A stretch of DNA of 62,187 bases, from NCBI GenBank assembly GCA_036259255.1, contig DATACC010000271.1, forward strand, positions 1 through 62,187, read 5' to 3'. Position 1 is the first letter of the stretch. The number at the start of each line of letters is the position of its first letter. The notes under the pieces were generated by a model. The model did not search any database and was not told the DNA's origin. It was given only the letters and a program-made list of their open reading frames with translations. Made by a program: the position numbers and the translations under genes. Origin of the DNA: Thermoanaerobaculia bacterium. GTDB lineage: Bacteria > Acidobacteriota > Thermoanaerobaculia > Multivoradales > JBCCEF01. Below, piece after piece: positions 36,801 through 62,187 of this stretch.

Positions 36801-39800
36801 CCACGAGGGGTTGCACGGCGAGCGGCCCGAGCATTGGGCCAGCGGTGGCCGCGGGAGCAGAGGCTGAATCCGGAGACCAGAAGGCCAGGAAATCGAGCTC
36901 CCCGCCGCCCAATGCCTCGCTCAGAACGGCGGCGCCCCGCACTCTGGCGGCATACGCCCGCTCGGCCTCGTCCCTGCCCTTGCCCGCGTCCTCGCCCTCG
37001 CCGTCCAGCGGGCCGTTCACGGCCTCGCCGGCGGCGTGCACGGCGCCGTGGATCGAGCCGAAGCTCTCCCGCGCCCGGGCCACCACCGCCGACACCTGCT
37101 CGGGGCTGGTGACGTCGGCGGTGGCGGTGAGCACCGCGGCACCGAGAGCCTCGAGCTCCTGCACCCGGCCCGGAGGCGCCGGGAACCGGTCGACGAGCAC
37201 CAGCCGCGCACGGACCCGGCGCGCCAGGCCGCGAGCGACGGCGAGGCCCGTCTCGCCCCACGCACCGGTGACCATGTAGACACCCCGCCCACGCAGCACC
37301 GCGCCGCCGGCGGCCTCGTCGAACGGCCCCGCGACGAGCTCGCGAACCCAACGGCGGCCGTGGCGGTAGGCCACTACCGGATCAGCGGGCGGGGCGGTCA
37401 TCTCGGCGGCGAGTCTGTCGGCAGCCAGCCCGTCGTCGGTCGCCATTCCGCCGGCGACCTCCGGGCCGAGGTCCACCGCCTGGCAGGTGAAGCCCGGCAG
37501 TTGGCCGGGGATCGCCGCGCAGGCTCCGAGCACCGCCACCTGCTCCGCCGTGAGGTCCTCGTCGCCGAAGACCGGCCGGGCGCCGGCGGTGAGCACCCGC
37601 AGGTCGATCGGCGCGCCGGAGGCGGCGGGATCGACGTTCGCGGCGAGCACCTGGACGAGGAGCAGCAGGCTGTCGAGGCCCGGAGGGAGGGGACCGTCCC
37701 CCGCCGCCTCCCGCCGGCCGCAGGACGCCGCAGCACCGAGGCCGCTGGCGTGGACCACGGTGCTCGGCATGTCTCCGGCAGCCCGCAGCACGGCCATCAA
37801 CCGGTGGTGGTCGGCGAGCCGGCGGAGATCCATCCGGTAGCGATGCTCCCCGGCCGCGGTGAAGCCTTCCCCGGCCACCACCGAGACCACTCGCCGCCCG
37901 GTCTCGCGCAGACGCCGCACCAGCGCGGCACCGACGCCGGAGGCATCCTCCACCACCAGCCAGGTGCCGGTGTCCTCGCCGGCCGGGCGCGGCCGGGGCG
38001 ACACCGTCTGCCGCCACACCGGGACCCGGATCCGGTCCGCCGGCCGGCGGTGCTCCGGCGCTGCCGGCACCGGGGAGGCGGCGGCCCGGGAGTCCTCGAT
38101 CCAGTAGCGGCGCCCTTCGAAGGGGTAGGTGGGCAGCGGCACCCGCCGGCGCCGGCGCCGGTCGTGGAAGGCGGTCCAGTCCACCCGCGCGCCGGCCAAC
38201 CACAGGCGGCCCAGCGTCGCCAGCAGGTGCCGGTGGACCGAGGCTCCCGGGGCCCCCTGCGGCAAGCCGGCGAGCGCGCCCGCGGCCTCGGCGCCCGGCC
38301 CCAGGGAACCGCCCGACCCCACCTCGAGAAGCACGGCCCCCATCTGCTGCAGGCTCTCCCAGGTGCCCTGGGGCCAGGATGCCGGCCGACCTAGCCGGGC
38401 CGCCCAGGCCGCGGCATCGGTGGCCTCCTCCGGGGAGAGCCAGGTACCGGTGGCGCCGGACATCAGCCGCAACCGGGGGGGAGCCAGGCGCAGGCGGCGC
38501 AGCGCGGCCTCCGTGGGGCGGGCGACCACCGAAAGGGCCTCCTCCAGCGAGAGCACGCCAGCCACGCAGGCGGCCACGAGCTCCCCCACCCCCTGGCCGA
38601 CGACGCCCTCGGGCCGCAGCCCCCACGAGATCCACAGCCGCGCCAGGGCGTGCTGCACGACGAGCTGGACCGCGTCGAGCTGGATCGTGTCGCCGTCGCC
38701 GGCCGGCTCCGGGCCGCCGACGGGACCCCCGCCGTGGAGGACCGCCTGGAGGTCGATTCCGAGCAGCGGCCCCAGGATGCCGGCGCAACGGTCGATCTCG
38801 GCCCGCAGCACCGGCTCGGCGGCGGCCAGTTCTGCCGCCATCGCGGGGTACCCACCGCTCCGCCCCGGGAACAGGAAGACCACCGGCAGGTCGCTGCGCT
38901 CGGCGGTACCGCTCCAGGCGTGCTCCGGATCATCGCCCGCCAGGGCGGCCGCGCCGGCCGCGAGATCCGGGCAGAGAACCACGCGGCGGTGCCGCAGCTC
39001 CTGCCGCCCGACCTGCAGGGTGAAGGCGACGTCCTCGGGCGTCAGCTCCGGGTGGTCGAGCAGGTACCGGTGCAGGTTGGCGCTCGCCACCTGCAGCGCC
39101 ATCGGCGTGGCGGCGGACACTGGCAACAGGTGCCACGGCCGCGGCGGATGGAGATCCGGCGACGGCGGCGGCAGCACCGGCGCCTCCTCCAGGACGACGT
39201 GGGCGTTGGTGCCGCCGATGCCGAAGGAGCTGACCCCGGCCCGGCGCGGGCCCTCCCCCGGCCACGGGCGCAGCGTGGTGTTGACGTAGAAGGGGCTGGC
39301 GGCGAAGTCGATCGCCGGGTTGGGGGCCGAGAAGTTGAGGCTCGGCGGCAGCTCGCGGTGCTCCAGCGCGAGCACCGCCTTGATCAGCCCCGCCGCACCG
39401 GCGGCGCAATCGAGGTGACCGATGTTGGACTTCACCGAGCCCAGGGCGCAGAAGCCCCGGTCGGCCGTCCCGGCACGAAAGGCACGGTTCAGCGCCGCCA
39501 CCTCCAGGGGGTCCCCCAGGGGGGTGCCGGTGCTGTGGGCTTCGACCAGGGTGACGCTGCGCGGCTCCACCCCGGCGGTCGCCAACGCGGTGGCGATCAC
39601 CTCGGCCTGCCCCTCCTCGCTCAAGGCGGTGAACCCGGCCTTCTGCGCACCGTCGTTGTTGACTGCCGCGCCGCGCAACACCGCCCGCACGGAGTCGCCG
39701 TCGGCCAGCGCGTCCTCCAGCCGCTTGAGCACCACGATTCCCAGCCCGCTGCCGAAGACGCTGCCCCCGGCGTCGGCCGAGAAGGCGCGGCAGTGGCCGT

Positions 39801-40468
39801 CCGGCGACGCCAGGCCGCCCGGGCGGTGGAAGTATCCGGCGGTCTGGGGCACCCGCACCGCCACGGCGCCCGCCAGCGCCAGGTCGCACTGGTACGCCAG
39901 CAGCCCCTGGGCCGCCAGGGAAACCGCCACCAAGGCGGTGGAGCATGCGGTCTGCACCCCGATACACGGACCTCGCAGGTCGAGCCGGTAGGCGACCTGC
40001 GTGGCCAGGTAGTCCTTCTCGTTGCCGATCAACGTCTGCAGCGCCTCCAGGCCCTCCTGGGCCTTGGGGCCGGAGGCGAAGCGAAGCCAATAGGTGTTCA
40101 GCCGTGCTCCCGCGTAGACACCGATCCGCTCCCGGCAGCGCCGCGGGTCGTAGCCGGCATCCTCCAGGGCCTCCCAGGCCGACTCCAGGAACAACCGCTG
40201 CTGCGGGTCCATCAGCTCCGCCTCGCGCGGGCTGTAGCCGAACAGGGCGGCGTCGAACAGATCGATGTCGTCGAGCACCGGCGCCGCCTTGACGTAGGCC
40301 GGGTCCGCCAGCACCTCCGGCGGCACGCCGGCGGCGGCCAGCTCGTCGTCGGAGAACCGGCGCACCGACTCGACGCCGGCCGCCAGGTTGCGCCAGTACT
40401 CCCCGGCGTTGCGGGCACCGGGGAAGCGGCAGGCGAGGCCGACGATGGCGATACTGTCGAGCAGCTCG

Positions 40469-40476
<8 letters not shown>
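33805..40476 (-). CDS. PKS-NRPS hybrid: KS-AT(inactive)-KR(degenerate)-ACP-C-TauD dioxygenase
   Basis: Start MRDELLDSIAIVG at 40476. KS TACST/EAHSTGT/KSNIGH. AT GQGVG, with the catalytic Ser lost and the domain shortened. KR lacks the Lys/Tyr residues. Carrier GGHSL. C HHIVGDQ. TauD SLHNEL...DNTLTAHGRMPF. Confidence 0.92.
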
Positions 40477-54972
<14,496 letters not shown>

Positions 54973-55301
54973 TGATACTCGGTCGTGGCGAACACACGAT
55001 AGAACTGCTTATATTGCAACACAACCTCCGCGACTAAATAGCTGCCGCACAAACGGCAAGCTTCATACGCCACTGGTCCTGCAGTCCCTCTAAAGTGCAC
55101 CCGACTTGGGAAAGCGGGACACCGCAAGGCGAGTTTTACGGCACCTGCTATTCCTAACAAACACTTTTAAATCAGATGAATCTTGTAAAATCAGCATCGA
55201 GATCAGGGGGCGCGGCCGTCATTTCCCCTTTACGCAGGATGCACAGCCGTGTTGCGGTATCCTGCCGAGAGTGTGAGAATTTCCTCGCCCCTGGAGGTGC
55301 C
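54973..55301. promoter_or_regulatory. AT-rich divergent intergenic region, likely holding the cluster promoter
   Basis: Sharp visible drop in GC between divergently oriented genes. No confident -35/-10 assignment. Confidence 0.6.
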
Positions 55302-56147
55302 ATGAAGCTCGAGATCCCGCTCCCCCTCCGGCGCCCCGCGCGTGGTCGTCGCTCCGCCCGCCACCCTTCCCGTCTGGCTGCCGCCCTGCTGCTCGCCCTG
55401 CTGCTCGCCAGCCCGGCCCTCGCCTACACCATCTACCTGAAGGACGGCTCGAAGATCGTCGCCGAGAAGCAGCACGTGGTGCGCGACGGCAAGGCCTACA
55501 TCACGCTGTTGAACGGCACCGAGACCTTCATCGCCGCCAGCGAGATCGACGTCGCCCGCACCGAGCGGGCCAACCGCGACAACTACGGCTCGGCGCTGCT
55601 GGTCGAGGGCGGCGAGGTGCGCGAGCGCGAGGCACCGCCGCCGGAGCCGAAGCGGCGCACCCTGGGGGACCTGATCACCTCGGGCGAGGCGGCGTCGCAG
55701 CCGACGGGAGCGCCGGCCCGGGCCGAGCCCCGGCGGGAGGAGGCGCCGGCGCCGCGCCGGGCGGAGCGCACCGCCGCCGGCTTCCGCGACCTCGCCACCT
55801 ACCCGCGCGAGGCGATGGGCGATGCGGCGGCCTCGGCCGAGCTGCGCGCGTTCTTCGTGCAACGCGGCGTCACCGACGCCGCCGTCTTCCGCGGCACCGA
55901 GGCGGGCAGGCCGCTGGTGGAGGTGACCGCCGGCTCGGAGACGGCCGTGTTCCGCGCCCTGGCGGTCGCCGCCGCCGCGGTGCTCCATCTCCAGGAGGCT
56001 GGCGCCACGCCGGTGCTGGAGCTCTACCTCGCCACCCCGTCGCGGGAGCGCGCCGGCCAGTTCGTCCTCGACCCGGAGAAGGCCCAGAGCCTGCTGGCGA
56101 AGGAGGTGGACCTGCCCACGTTCTACGTGCGCAACGTCCAGTTCTGA
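55302..56147 (+). CDS. Secreted/periplasmic hypothetical protein, 281 aa
   Basis: GGAGG RBS before the ATG at 55302. Signal peptide ending LLLASPALA-YTIYLKDG. GC-rich codon pattern. Confidence 0.8.
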   Translation: MKLEIPLPLRRPARGRRSARHPSRLAAALLLALLLASPALAYTIYLKDGSKIVAEKQHVVRDGKAYITLLNGTETFIAASEIDVARTERANRDNYGSALLVEGGEVREREAPPPEPKRRTLGDLITSGEAASQPTGAPARAEPRREEAPAPRRAERTAAGFRDLATYPREAMGDAAASAELRAFFVQRGVTDAAVFRGTEAGRPLVEVTAGSETAVFRALAVAAAAVLHLQEAGATPVLELYLATPSRERAGQFVLDPEKAQSLLAKEVDLPTFYVRNVQF

Positions 56148-56159
56148 GCCTGGTGGCGG

Positions 56160-56187
56160 GCGGTTCCCGGCGGCCGCCGGGAACCGC
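56160..56187. terminator. Perfect 28-bp GC-rich palindrome between convergent genes (putative terminator hairpin)
   Basis: gcggttcccggcggccgccgggaaccgc equals its own reverse complement. It lies between stops at 56147 (+) and 56190 (-). No U-tract. Confidence 0.6.
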
Positions 56188-56189
56188 GG

Positions 56190-57908
56190 TCAGGGCACGG
56201 TGCGAACCCGCAGCTCGCCGCCGTCGACCACCGCGAAGCCCTCGCCGAGCACCACCCGGCCGGCCGTGAGGGTCACGTCGCCGGAGGCCGTGACCCGGAC
56301 GTTGCGGGCGGTCAGCGTTCCGCAGGTGGCGTAGGTCGAGGTGCTGCTCACCGTCATGCCGGCGAGCAGCAGGTCTTCGCAGCCGGTGCCCGGGCCGGCG
56401 ATCGGCGCCAGGCAGGCCGGCGCGCTCTGGGCGCGCGCCGCCACGTGGGCCCGCATGCGCTCCGGCACCCGCCCCGGTGCCAGGCCGAAGGGGTGCCCCT
56501 GTCCGAACGTCCAGGCGATGTTGCCCACGTTGCCGGAGAGCAGGTGGCAGTAGCTCATCACGGTTCCACAGGCGCCGCCGATGGCGCCGCACGGCAGGAT
56601 CGGCGTGCCGCAGTGGCACCCGGGCTGGCCGCACTGGCTGCTGGAGCACTGGTCGACCGGTGCACTCAATCCGCCGAGACCGCCGTAGCAGTGGGTGTGG
56701 GGCGAGTCGAAGTTGTGGCCGATCTCGTGGGCCACGCCCAGCAGGTCCCAGACGATGGCCGGTGCCGCCGGGTCGAAGCTGCCGCTGATGCCGCCGGTAA
56801 ATCCGTAGGCACCGCCGTACTGGTCGCGCTGCGGAGTGAGCCCCGGGCACGAGCCGCCATGGTCGATCGTGAAGCCGTCGCCGCACAGCACGCCCAGCCA
56901 GGCGATTCCCGAGTTGCCCGGCTTGCCGCTCAGGAAGTGGGCCAGGGTCCGCTCGACCCCGGTGCGGTTGCGGTTCCAGTAGCGGCCGAACTCGTACATG
57001 CCGCAGGAGGCCGAGGTCTGGGTCCACGGATCGGCGCTCGAATCCCACAGCGACAGGTGCACCACCTCCAGGCTGGTGCCGACCTCCCGCTCGTAGAGCG
57101 CCGAGATGTAGGCGAACAGGTCGCCCACGTACTCGGTGGCGGCGGCCCGGCTGCCGAAGCGCTGGAAGAACTCCCAGTCGGTCTCCACCGCCACCCGCGC
57201 GGTGTGGGCCGGGGCGCCGGCGACGAGCGGGGCGAGGAACGCCTCGAAGCCCGCCGCCGGGTCGCTCGCCTCGAGAGTCGACGACTCCTCGCGCACCTCC
57301 GGCGCCTCGTCCAGGCGGCAGTCGAAGGGCACCCCGGGCAGCTCGTTGCGGCGGCCCCGCAGGCGTCCCCGGCCGCGGCCTGGATCGGGCCCTTCGGCCG
57401 ACAGGAGGTAGTAGCGCCCGGCGCGCGCCACCAGGCCCCGGGGCACCCCTTCGCGCGGCACGGCGAGGTAGGCGTGGGAGGCAGGATCGGTGGTCAGCCG
57501 GCCGCGCAGCCAAGCGACGTCCGGCGGGTCGAAGTGGTCGCGGCCGCCGGTGGCGTCGTGGACCACCACCTCGGCGTCGTCGGTGAACACCAGGATCCGC
57601 TCCAGGGTCAGGGCCTCCTCCGGCTCGCCGTCCTCGAGCAGCAGCCCCTCGAGCCTCATGCTCCCGCCCATCGGCAGTCCTCGCGCCGCGCCGGCGATCG
57701 CGGCGAGGTCCCCGGCATGGGCGGCGGCCATCGGCGGCAGCACGGGCCGGGGGGGCGGCCCCTTGGGCGGCGGCGCGCCCTGCGGTGGCGGAAACTGCGG
57801 TCGCGGCTCCTTCTGGGCCGCGGCCTGGGAGGCGCAGACGGCGAGCACCAGCAGGGACACCAGCAGGTGCACGGGCAGCAGGCGGCGAGGTGGGACGGCG
57901 ACTACCAT
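56190..57908 (-). CDS. Secreted reprolysin-like (M12B-type, metzincin) zinc metallopeptidase with prodomain
   Basis: Signal peptide; RVAVETDWEF; HEIGHNFDSPH zinc motif; Met-turn TVMSY; GGAG RBS before the ATG at 57908. Confidence 0.85.
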   Translation of the reverse strand: MVVAVPPRRLLPVHLLVSLLVLAVCASQAAAQKEPRPQFPPPQGAPPPKGPPPRPVLPPMAAAHAGDLAAIAGAARGLPMGGSMRLEGLLLEDGEPEEALTLERILVFTDDAEVVVHDATGGRDHFDPPDVAWLRGRLTTDPASHAYLAVPREGVPRGLVARAGRYYLLSAEGPDPGRGRGRLRGRRNELPGVPFDCRLDEAPEVREESSTLEASDPAAGFEAFLAPLVAGAPAHTARVAVETDWEFFQRFGSRAAATEYVGDLFAYISALYEREVGTSLEVVHLSLWDSSADPWTQTSASCGMYEFGRYWNRNRTGVERTLAHFLSGKPGNSGIAWLGVLCGDGFTIDHGGSCPGLTPQRDQYGGAYGFTGGISGSFDPAAPAIVWDLLGVAHEIGHNFDSPHTHCYGGLGGLSAPVDQCSSSQCGQPGCHCGTPILPCGAIGGACGTVMSYCHLLSGNVGNIAWTFGQGHPFGLAPGRVPERMRAHVAARAQSAPACLAPIAGPGTGCEDLLLAGMTVSSTSTYATCGTLTARNVRVTASGDVTLTAGRVVLGEGFAVVDGGELRVRTVP

Positions 57909-58023
57909 GGCGATCTCCTGTCGTACGCCGCCAGGGCTCCGGCCGGAGGAAGCCGGTTCCGGGGAGGCATCCCAGGAGATCAGCAAGAGACACGCCACCG
58001 TGGGCAGCGACGGCCGGCGAGAG

Positions 58024-58407
58024 CTAGGAGGGGGGCGCCTCGTCGGTGGCGGCGTCGGGGACCGCCAGGCCCAGGTAGTCCTCGACCCGCAAGCCGACGC
58101 GGCGCTCGAAGCGCTGGCGGTAGCTCTCCACCTGGCCCACCGGCTCGTCGAGGAACATGCGCTCGACGCGGAACAGCGGCACGAACATGGTGGACAGCCC
58201 CAGCGACGCCGGCTCGCGGCGGGCCGCCTGGGACATCCAGTCGTCGAAGGAGTCGACGCTCAGGGCGCGCAGGGTGACGCCGGCGACTCCGAGGTCGAGC
58301 AGCACGCCCCAGAACTTCTCGGTGGGATGGATCAGGTGGACCAGCACGAGCTGGCCCGGCACGAAACCAGCCGCGCCGCCGCCCCCCGCCCCGCCCCCTC
58401 CGCTCAC
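58024..58407 (-). CDS. Hypothetical protein, 127 aa, coupled to mce
   Basis: GTGA overlap with the mce stop. Globular-looking sequence (VLVHLIHPTEKFWGVL...FVPLFRVERMFLDE). Confidence 0.7.
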   Translation of the reverse strand: MSGGGGAGGGGAAGFVPGQLVLVHLIHPTEKFWGVLLDLGVAGVTLRALSVDSFDDWMSQAARREPASLGLSTMFVPLFRVERMFLDEPVGQVESYRQRFERRVGLRVEDYLGLAVPDAATDEAPPS

Positions 58408-58802
58408 GGCTCCTCCGCGAGCTCCACCAGCACGCCGCCGGCGCTCCGCGGGTGGACGAACTGCACCCAGCAGCCGCCGGCACCGCGGGTCGGCTCCGGG
58501 CGCAGCACCTGGTAGCCGGCCTCGCGCAGGCGCCGGTCGTCGGCGCGCACGTCGTCGCTGCCCAGGCAGAGGTGGTGGATGCCGGGGCCCCGCCGGGCGA
58601 GGAAGCGGGCGATGGGCGACTCCGGCCCGGTGGGCTCCAGCAGCTCGATGCGGCTCTCCCCGCAGCGCAGCATCGCCACCCGCACCTGCTCCTGGGGCAC
58701 CTCCTCGACGTGCTCGACGGTGAGACCGAGCGCCTCGTAGAAACGCCGCGCCTCGTCGATCGAGGCGACCGCGATGCCGACGTGGTCGATCTTCCCGATC
58801 AT
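58404..58802 (-). CDS. mce: Methylmalonyl-CoA epimerase (VOC family)
   Basis: KIDHVGIAV...IELLEP...FLARRGPGIHHLC...FVHPRSAGGVLVEL; adjacent to meaB. Confidence 0.92.
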   Translation of the reverse strand: MIGKIDHVGIAVASIDEARRFYEALGLTVEHVEEVPQEQVRVAMLRCGESRIELLEPTGPESPIARFLARRGPGIHHLCLGSDDVRADDRRLREAGYQVLRPEPTRGAGGCWVQFVHPRSAGGVLVELAEEP

Positions 58803-59803
58803 CGGGCGACCCCCGCGCCGGTGTCGCTCGCGGCGCCGACGGCGGCGGCGAAAAGGCGGTCGGCCACCTGGTAGGGGTCCTCGTGGCCGTCCAGGGCGCG
58901 CTCCACCTCGCGGGCGAGGCCGAGGCGCTCGTCGGCAGCGGCGAGCACCTTCTCCTTGAGGATCGCCTCCACCCGCAGGCGCAGCAGGGCGCGGCGACGC
59001 TCGGCGAGGCGGCCGCTGTCGTGGAGGAAGCGCCGGTGCTCCTCCACCGCGGCGAGCACCTCCTCGATGCCCTCGCTCTTCGCCGCCACCGTCTTGACGA
59101 TCGGCGGACGCCAGTCGGCCGGTGTTTCGGCGAGCCCCAGCATGCCCTTGAGATCGCGCACCGTCCGCTCCACGCCTTCGCGGTCGGCCTTGTTGATGAC
59201 GAAGACGTCGGCGATCTCCATCAGCCCGGCCTTGATCGCCTGGATGTCGTCGCCCAGCCCGGGGACGGTGACCACCAGCACCGTCTCGACGCTGCGCACC
59301 ACGTCGACCTCGTCCTGGCCCACGCCGACGGTCTCCACCAGCACCCAGTCGAAACCGGCGGCGTCGAGCAGATCCACCGCGTCGTGGCTGGCGCGGGCGA
59401 GGCCGCCCATGGCGCCGCGGGTGGCCATGGAGCGGATGAAGACGCCCTCGTCGAGGTAGTGGTGCTGCATGCGGACCCGGTCGCCCAGCAGGGCACCGCC
59501 GGAAAACGGGCTGGTCGGATCGATGGCGAGCACCGCCACCGTCTGCCCCGCCTCGCGCAGGTGACGCACCAGCCGGTCGACCAGCGTCGACTTGCCGGCA
59601 CCGGGCGGGCCGGTGACGCCGACCACCCGGGCGCGGCCGGTCTGCGGATAGACGCGGCGGATCAGCTCGGCGCGCTCGGCGCCGCCGCGCTCCACCGCCG
59701 AGATGGCCCGCGCCAGCGCCCGCCGCCGCCCCGCGAGCACCTGCGCCACCAGCTCGTCGCGGCGCTCGGCGTCGGGGAGGCCGGGCCGGGGCGGTGCGCT
59801 CAT
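58799..59803 (-). CDS. meaB: Methylmalonyl-CoA mutase-associated GTPase MeaB (ArgK family)
   Basis: [62 protein letters not shown]; ATGA overlaps at both ends. Confidence 0.93.
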   Translation of the reverse strand: MSAPPRPGLPDAERRDELVAQVLAGRRRALARAISAVERGGAERAELIRRVYPQTGRARVVGVTGPPGAGKSTLVDRLVRHLREAGQTVAVLAIDPTSPFSGGALLGDRVRMQHHYLDEGVFIRSMATRGAMGGLARASHDAVDLLDAAGFDWVLVETVGVGQDEVDVVRSVETVLVVTVPGLGDDIQAIKAGLMEIADVFVINKADREGVERTVRDLKGMLGLAETPADWRPPIVKTVAAKSEGIEEVLAAVEEHRRFLHDSGRLAERRRALLRLRVEAILKEKVLAAADERLGLAREVERALDGHEDPYQVADRLFAAAVGAASDTGAGVAR

Positions 59804-60999
59804 CGGCCGCCGAGAAGCTGCCGGGCGATCACCAGGCGCTGGATCTCGCTGGTGCCCTCCCCGATGGTGCAGATCTTCGCGTCGCGGTAGAACTTCTCGG
59901 CCCGGTAGTCCTTCACGTAGCCGTAGCCGCCGAGGATCTGCACGCCGCGCTCGGCGCAGAAGACGGCGGTCTCCGAGGCGTAGAGCTTGGCCTCGGCGGA
60001 CAGGCGCGTCACCCGCTGGCCGCGATCCATGGCGACGGCGGCCCGCAGGGTGAGCAGGTCGGCGGCGGCGAGCCGGGTGGCCATCTCGGCGAACATGAAC
60101 TGGATCGCCTGGAAGGAGGCGATGGGCTGGCCGAACTGCTCGCGCTCCTTGGCGTAGTCGCGGGCGGTCTCGAAGGCGCCGGCGGCGGTGCCGAGGGAGA
60201 GGGCGGCGATCGAGATCCTGCCGCCATCGAGGATGCCCAGGGCCTGCTTGAAGCCGGTGCCCGGCTCGCCCAGCAGGTGGCTCTCCGGCACGAAGCAGTT
60301 CTCCATCACCACCTCGGCGGTGTCGGAGGCGCGGGAGCCCAGCTTGTTTTCCTTCTTGCCGGGCCGGAAGCCCTCCATGCCCTTCTCCATCACGAAGGCG
60401 GAGATGCGGTCGTGGCGGCGCTCGGTGTCGGGGAGCGACTCGTCGACCGCCATGATCACGCACACGTCGCCCACCGAGCCGTGGGTGGTGAAGGTCTTCG
60501 CGCCGTTGACCACCCAGCCGCCATCCACCCGTTCGGCGCGGGTCTGGGTGCCGGCGGCATCGGAGCCGGCGTTGGGCTCGGTGAGGCTCCAGGCGCCGAT
60601 CTTCTCGCCACGGGCCAGCGGCACCACCCAGCGACGCTTCTGCTCCTCGCTGCCGAACTTGAAGATGTGGTTGGTGCACAACGAGTTGTGGGCCGCCACC
60701 GACAGCCCCACCGACGGGTCGACGGTGGAGATCTCCTTGACGATCAGCACGTAGTCGACGTACCCGAGCCCGGCGCCGCCGTACTCCTCCGGGATGATGA
60801 CGCCGAGGAAGCCGAGCTCGCCGAGCTTGGCGAACACCTCGCGGGGGAAGCGCTGGGCCTCGTCGATCTCCTCGACGATGGGATCGATCTCGCGCCGGGC
60901 GAAGTCGCGCGCCAGGTCCTGGATGGCGCGCTGCTCGGAGGAGAGGGAGAAATCGACGGAGGCGGCGGTGCGGGCGGGTTCGGCGGCGGCGACGGTCAT
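59800..60999 (-). CDS. Acyl-CoA dehydrogenase
   Basis: [72 protein letters not shown]. Confidence 0.93.
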   Translation of the reverse strand: MTVAAAEPARTAASVDFSLSSEQRAIQDLARDFARREIDPIVEEIDEAQRFPREVFAKLGELGFLGVIIPEEYGGAGLGYVDYVLIVKEISTVDPSVGLSVAAHNSLCTNHIFKFGSEEQKRRWVVPLARGEKIGAWSLTEPNAGSDAAGTQTRAERVDGGWVVNGAKTFTTHGSVGDVCVIMAVDESLPDTERRHDRISAFVMEKGMEGFRPGKKENKLGSRASDTAEVVMENCFVPESHLLGEPGTGFKQALGILDGGRISIAALSLGTAAGAFETARDYAKEREQFGQPIASFQAIQFMFAEMATRLAAADLLTLRAAVAMDRGQRVTRLSAEAKLYASETAVFCAERGVQILGGYGYVKDYRAEKFYRDAKICTIGEGTSEIQRLVIARQLLGGR

Positions 61000-61184
61000 T
61001 TCCTGATCGTACCGCCGCGGCCGGGGGCTTGACAACGCGAGCCCCCCGGCGAGCCCCGGCGTCCCGGTTTCCCTCACCCGGACCACCCTAGAAACGTAAT
61101 CCCTTGATGGAGATGATTCGACCTCTCGAAGAATCTCTCGTCCTTCCGTCGAACCGACGGTCCACGAACCGCCAAGGAGACCCC

Positions 61185-62153
61185 ATGCCGAAACCTCGAG
61201 CCGTTCCCTTCCTGCTCGCCGTTCTCGCCATTCTCGCCGCTGCACCCGTGGGCGCGGCACCGACACCCGCCAAGGCGACGATGCCCCCCGGAGCGACCAC
61301 ACCCACCGTCGACCGGATGATGGTCTGGGACGTTCCGGCCGCCGTGACCCTCGCCGGGCCGGCCGAGCTGCGGGTGGAGGTGTTGCGCGACGGCGCCACC
61401 GTGTACGCCGAGCGCTTCACGGTACTCGTGCCGCCGGGCGTCGAGGGCGGCGCCGTGGAGATCCTCGCCGGCGAGCCGGAGACGCGCTCGCTGCTCGCGG
61501 CGCTCAGCGACCACGGCAAGGTGACCCTCGACGCCCGCGTCCTGCGGGACGGCAAGGAGCTCGACCGACTGCCGCTGGCGGCCCTGCTCGCCCGCGGCGC
61601 CTCCCTGGCCGAACGGCCGGCGGAGCTGCTGCCGCTGCGCTTCGACGCCGTCGAGCCCGCCCCGGCGGACGAGCCGGCCCTGTTCGCCATCACCGCCGCC
61701 GGCACCGACTGCTCCGCGCGCACCGCCTGCATGCAGGAGTGCTGGAACGACTACTACGACTGCGTCGGCTACTTCTGCCCCTCCTACAGCGGCAGCCGGT
61801 TCCTGCCTCCGGAATGCAGCTTCTGCGAGGACGAGCGGCGAACCTGCCAGTGGGCCTGCCCCGGCTGCATCTGCACCGAGCCGAAGAACGTCACCTACAG
61901 CACCAGCGTCCAGATGGTGAGCGCCACGTGGAGCGGCAGCGGCTGCTTCGAGTCCTACTCCGGGGGCCCGGCGTACGACTACGACCGCTACTGGGCCGAG
62001 TACAAGTTCACCAAGTACAAGCACACGGAGGCGTGCGACGGCACCGTCACCACCACCGTCGACAGTGTCTGGTACCAGTACGACTACTGCTGGGACCGCA
62101 ACTTCTTCCAGTGCTCGTTCCCCACGCCCGGGATCCCCTACCCGAGCTGCTGA
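61185..62153 (+). CDS. Secreted protein with Cys-rich C-terminal domain, 322 aa
   Basis: AAGGAG RBS before the ATG at 61185. Signal peptide [24 protein letters not shown]. 16 Cys in roughly the last 140 aa. Confidence 0.8.
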   Translation: MPKPRAVPFLLAVLAILAAAPVGAAPTPAKATMPPGATTPTVDRMMVWDVPAAVTLAGPAELRVEVLRDGATVYAERFTVLVPPGVEGGAVEILAGEPETRSLLAALSDHGKVTLDARVLRDGKELDRLPLAALLARGASLAERPAELLPLRFDAVEPAPADEPALFAITAAGTDCSARTACMQECWNDYYDCVGYFCPSYSGSRFLPPECSFCEDERRTCQWACPGCICTEPKNVTYSTSVQMVSATWSGSGCFESYSGGPAYDYDRYWAEYKFTKYKHTEACDGTVTTTVDSVWYQYDYCWDRNFFQCSFPTPGIPYPSC

Positions 62154-62187
62154 GCGATTCGGCCGCGCGTGGACCGCTCCACGGCGG

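Noticed and set aside
61020-61055. TTGACA within a GC-rich inverted repeat
   Set aside because: No plausible -10 element at the right spacing, so it cannot be supported as a promoter.

Overview
The window is very GC-rich. Positions 1-54972 are one minus-strand, tightly coupled hybrid type I PKS-NRPS cluster of at least 12 genes that runs off the left edge, so no thioesterase, MbtH or transporter is visible. In transcription order: KS-AT-DH-KR-ACP-C | I-A(Asp)-T-Cy-A(Cys)-Ox-T | KS-AT0-KR0-ACP-C-TauD | I-A(unknown)-T-C-TauD | PhpK-like B12 radical SAM | I-A(Asp)-T | C-A(Gly)-T-C | free TauD | I-A(His)-[FkbM MT]-T-C | I-A(Asp)-T | KS-AT-KR(Y>H)-ACP | C-A(basic?)-T... Here I is a catalytically dead, condensation-like 'interface' domain. 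The most striking feature is five split junctions: an active C at the end of one protein and a dead C at the start of the next. They hold different tailoring cargo: nothing, a fused TauD, a fused TauD plus radical SAM, a free TauD, or nothing. The inferred product is an acylated (possibly polyenoyl), thiazole-containing, beta-hydroxylated and methylated peptide-polyketide, likely a metal chelator, that I cannot match to any cluster I know. To the right lie an AT-rich leader, a secreted hypothetical protein, a reprolysin-like zinc peptidase, an acyl-CoA dehydrogenase-meaB-mce-hypothetical operon and a Cys-rich secreted protein. Domain calls and A-domain codes come from manual alignment to remembered motifs, with no database searches. 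The host may be Acidobacteriota, which is only a guess from GC content and the flanking genes.
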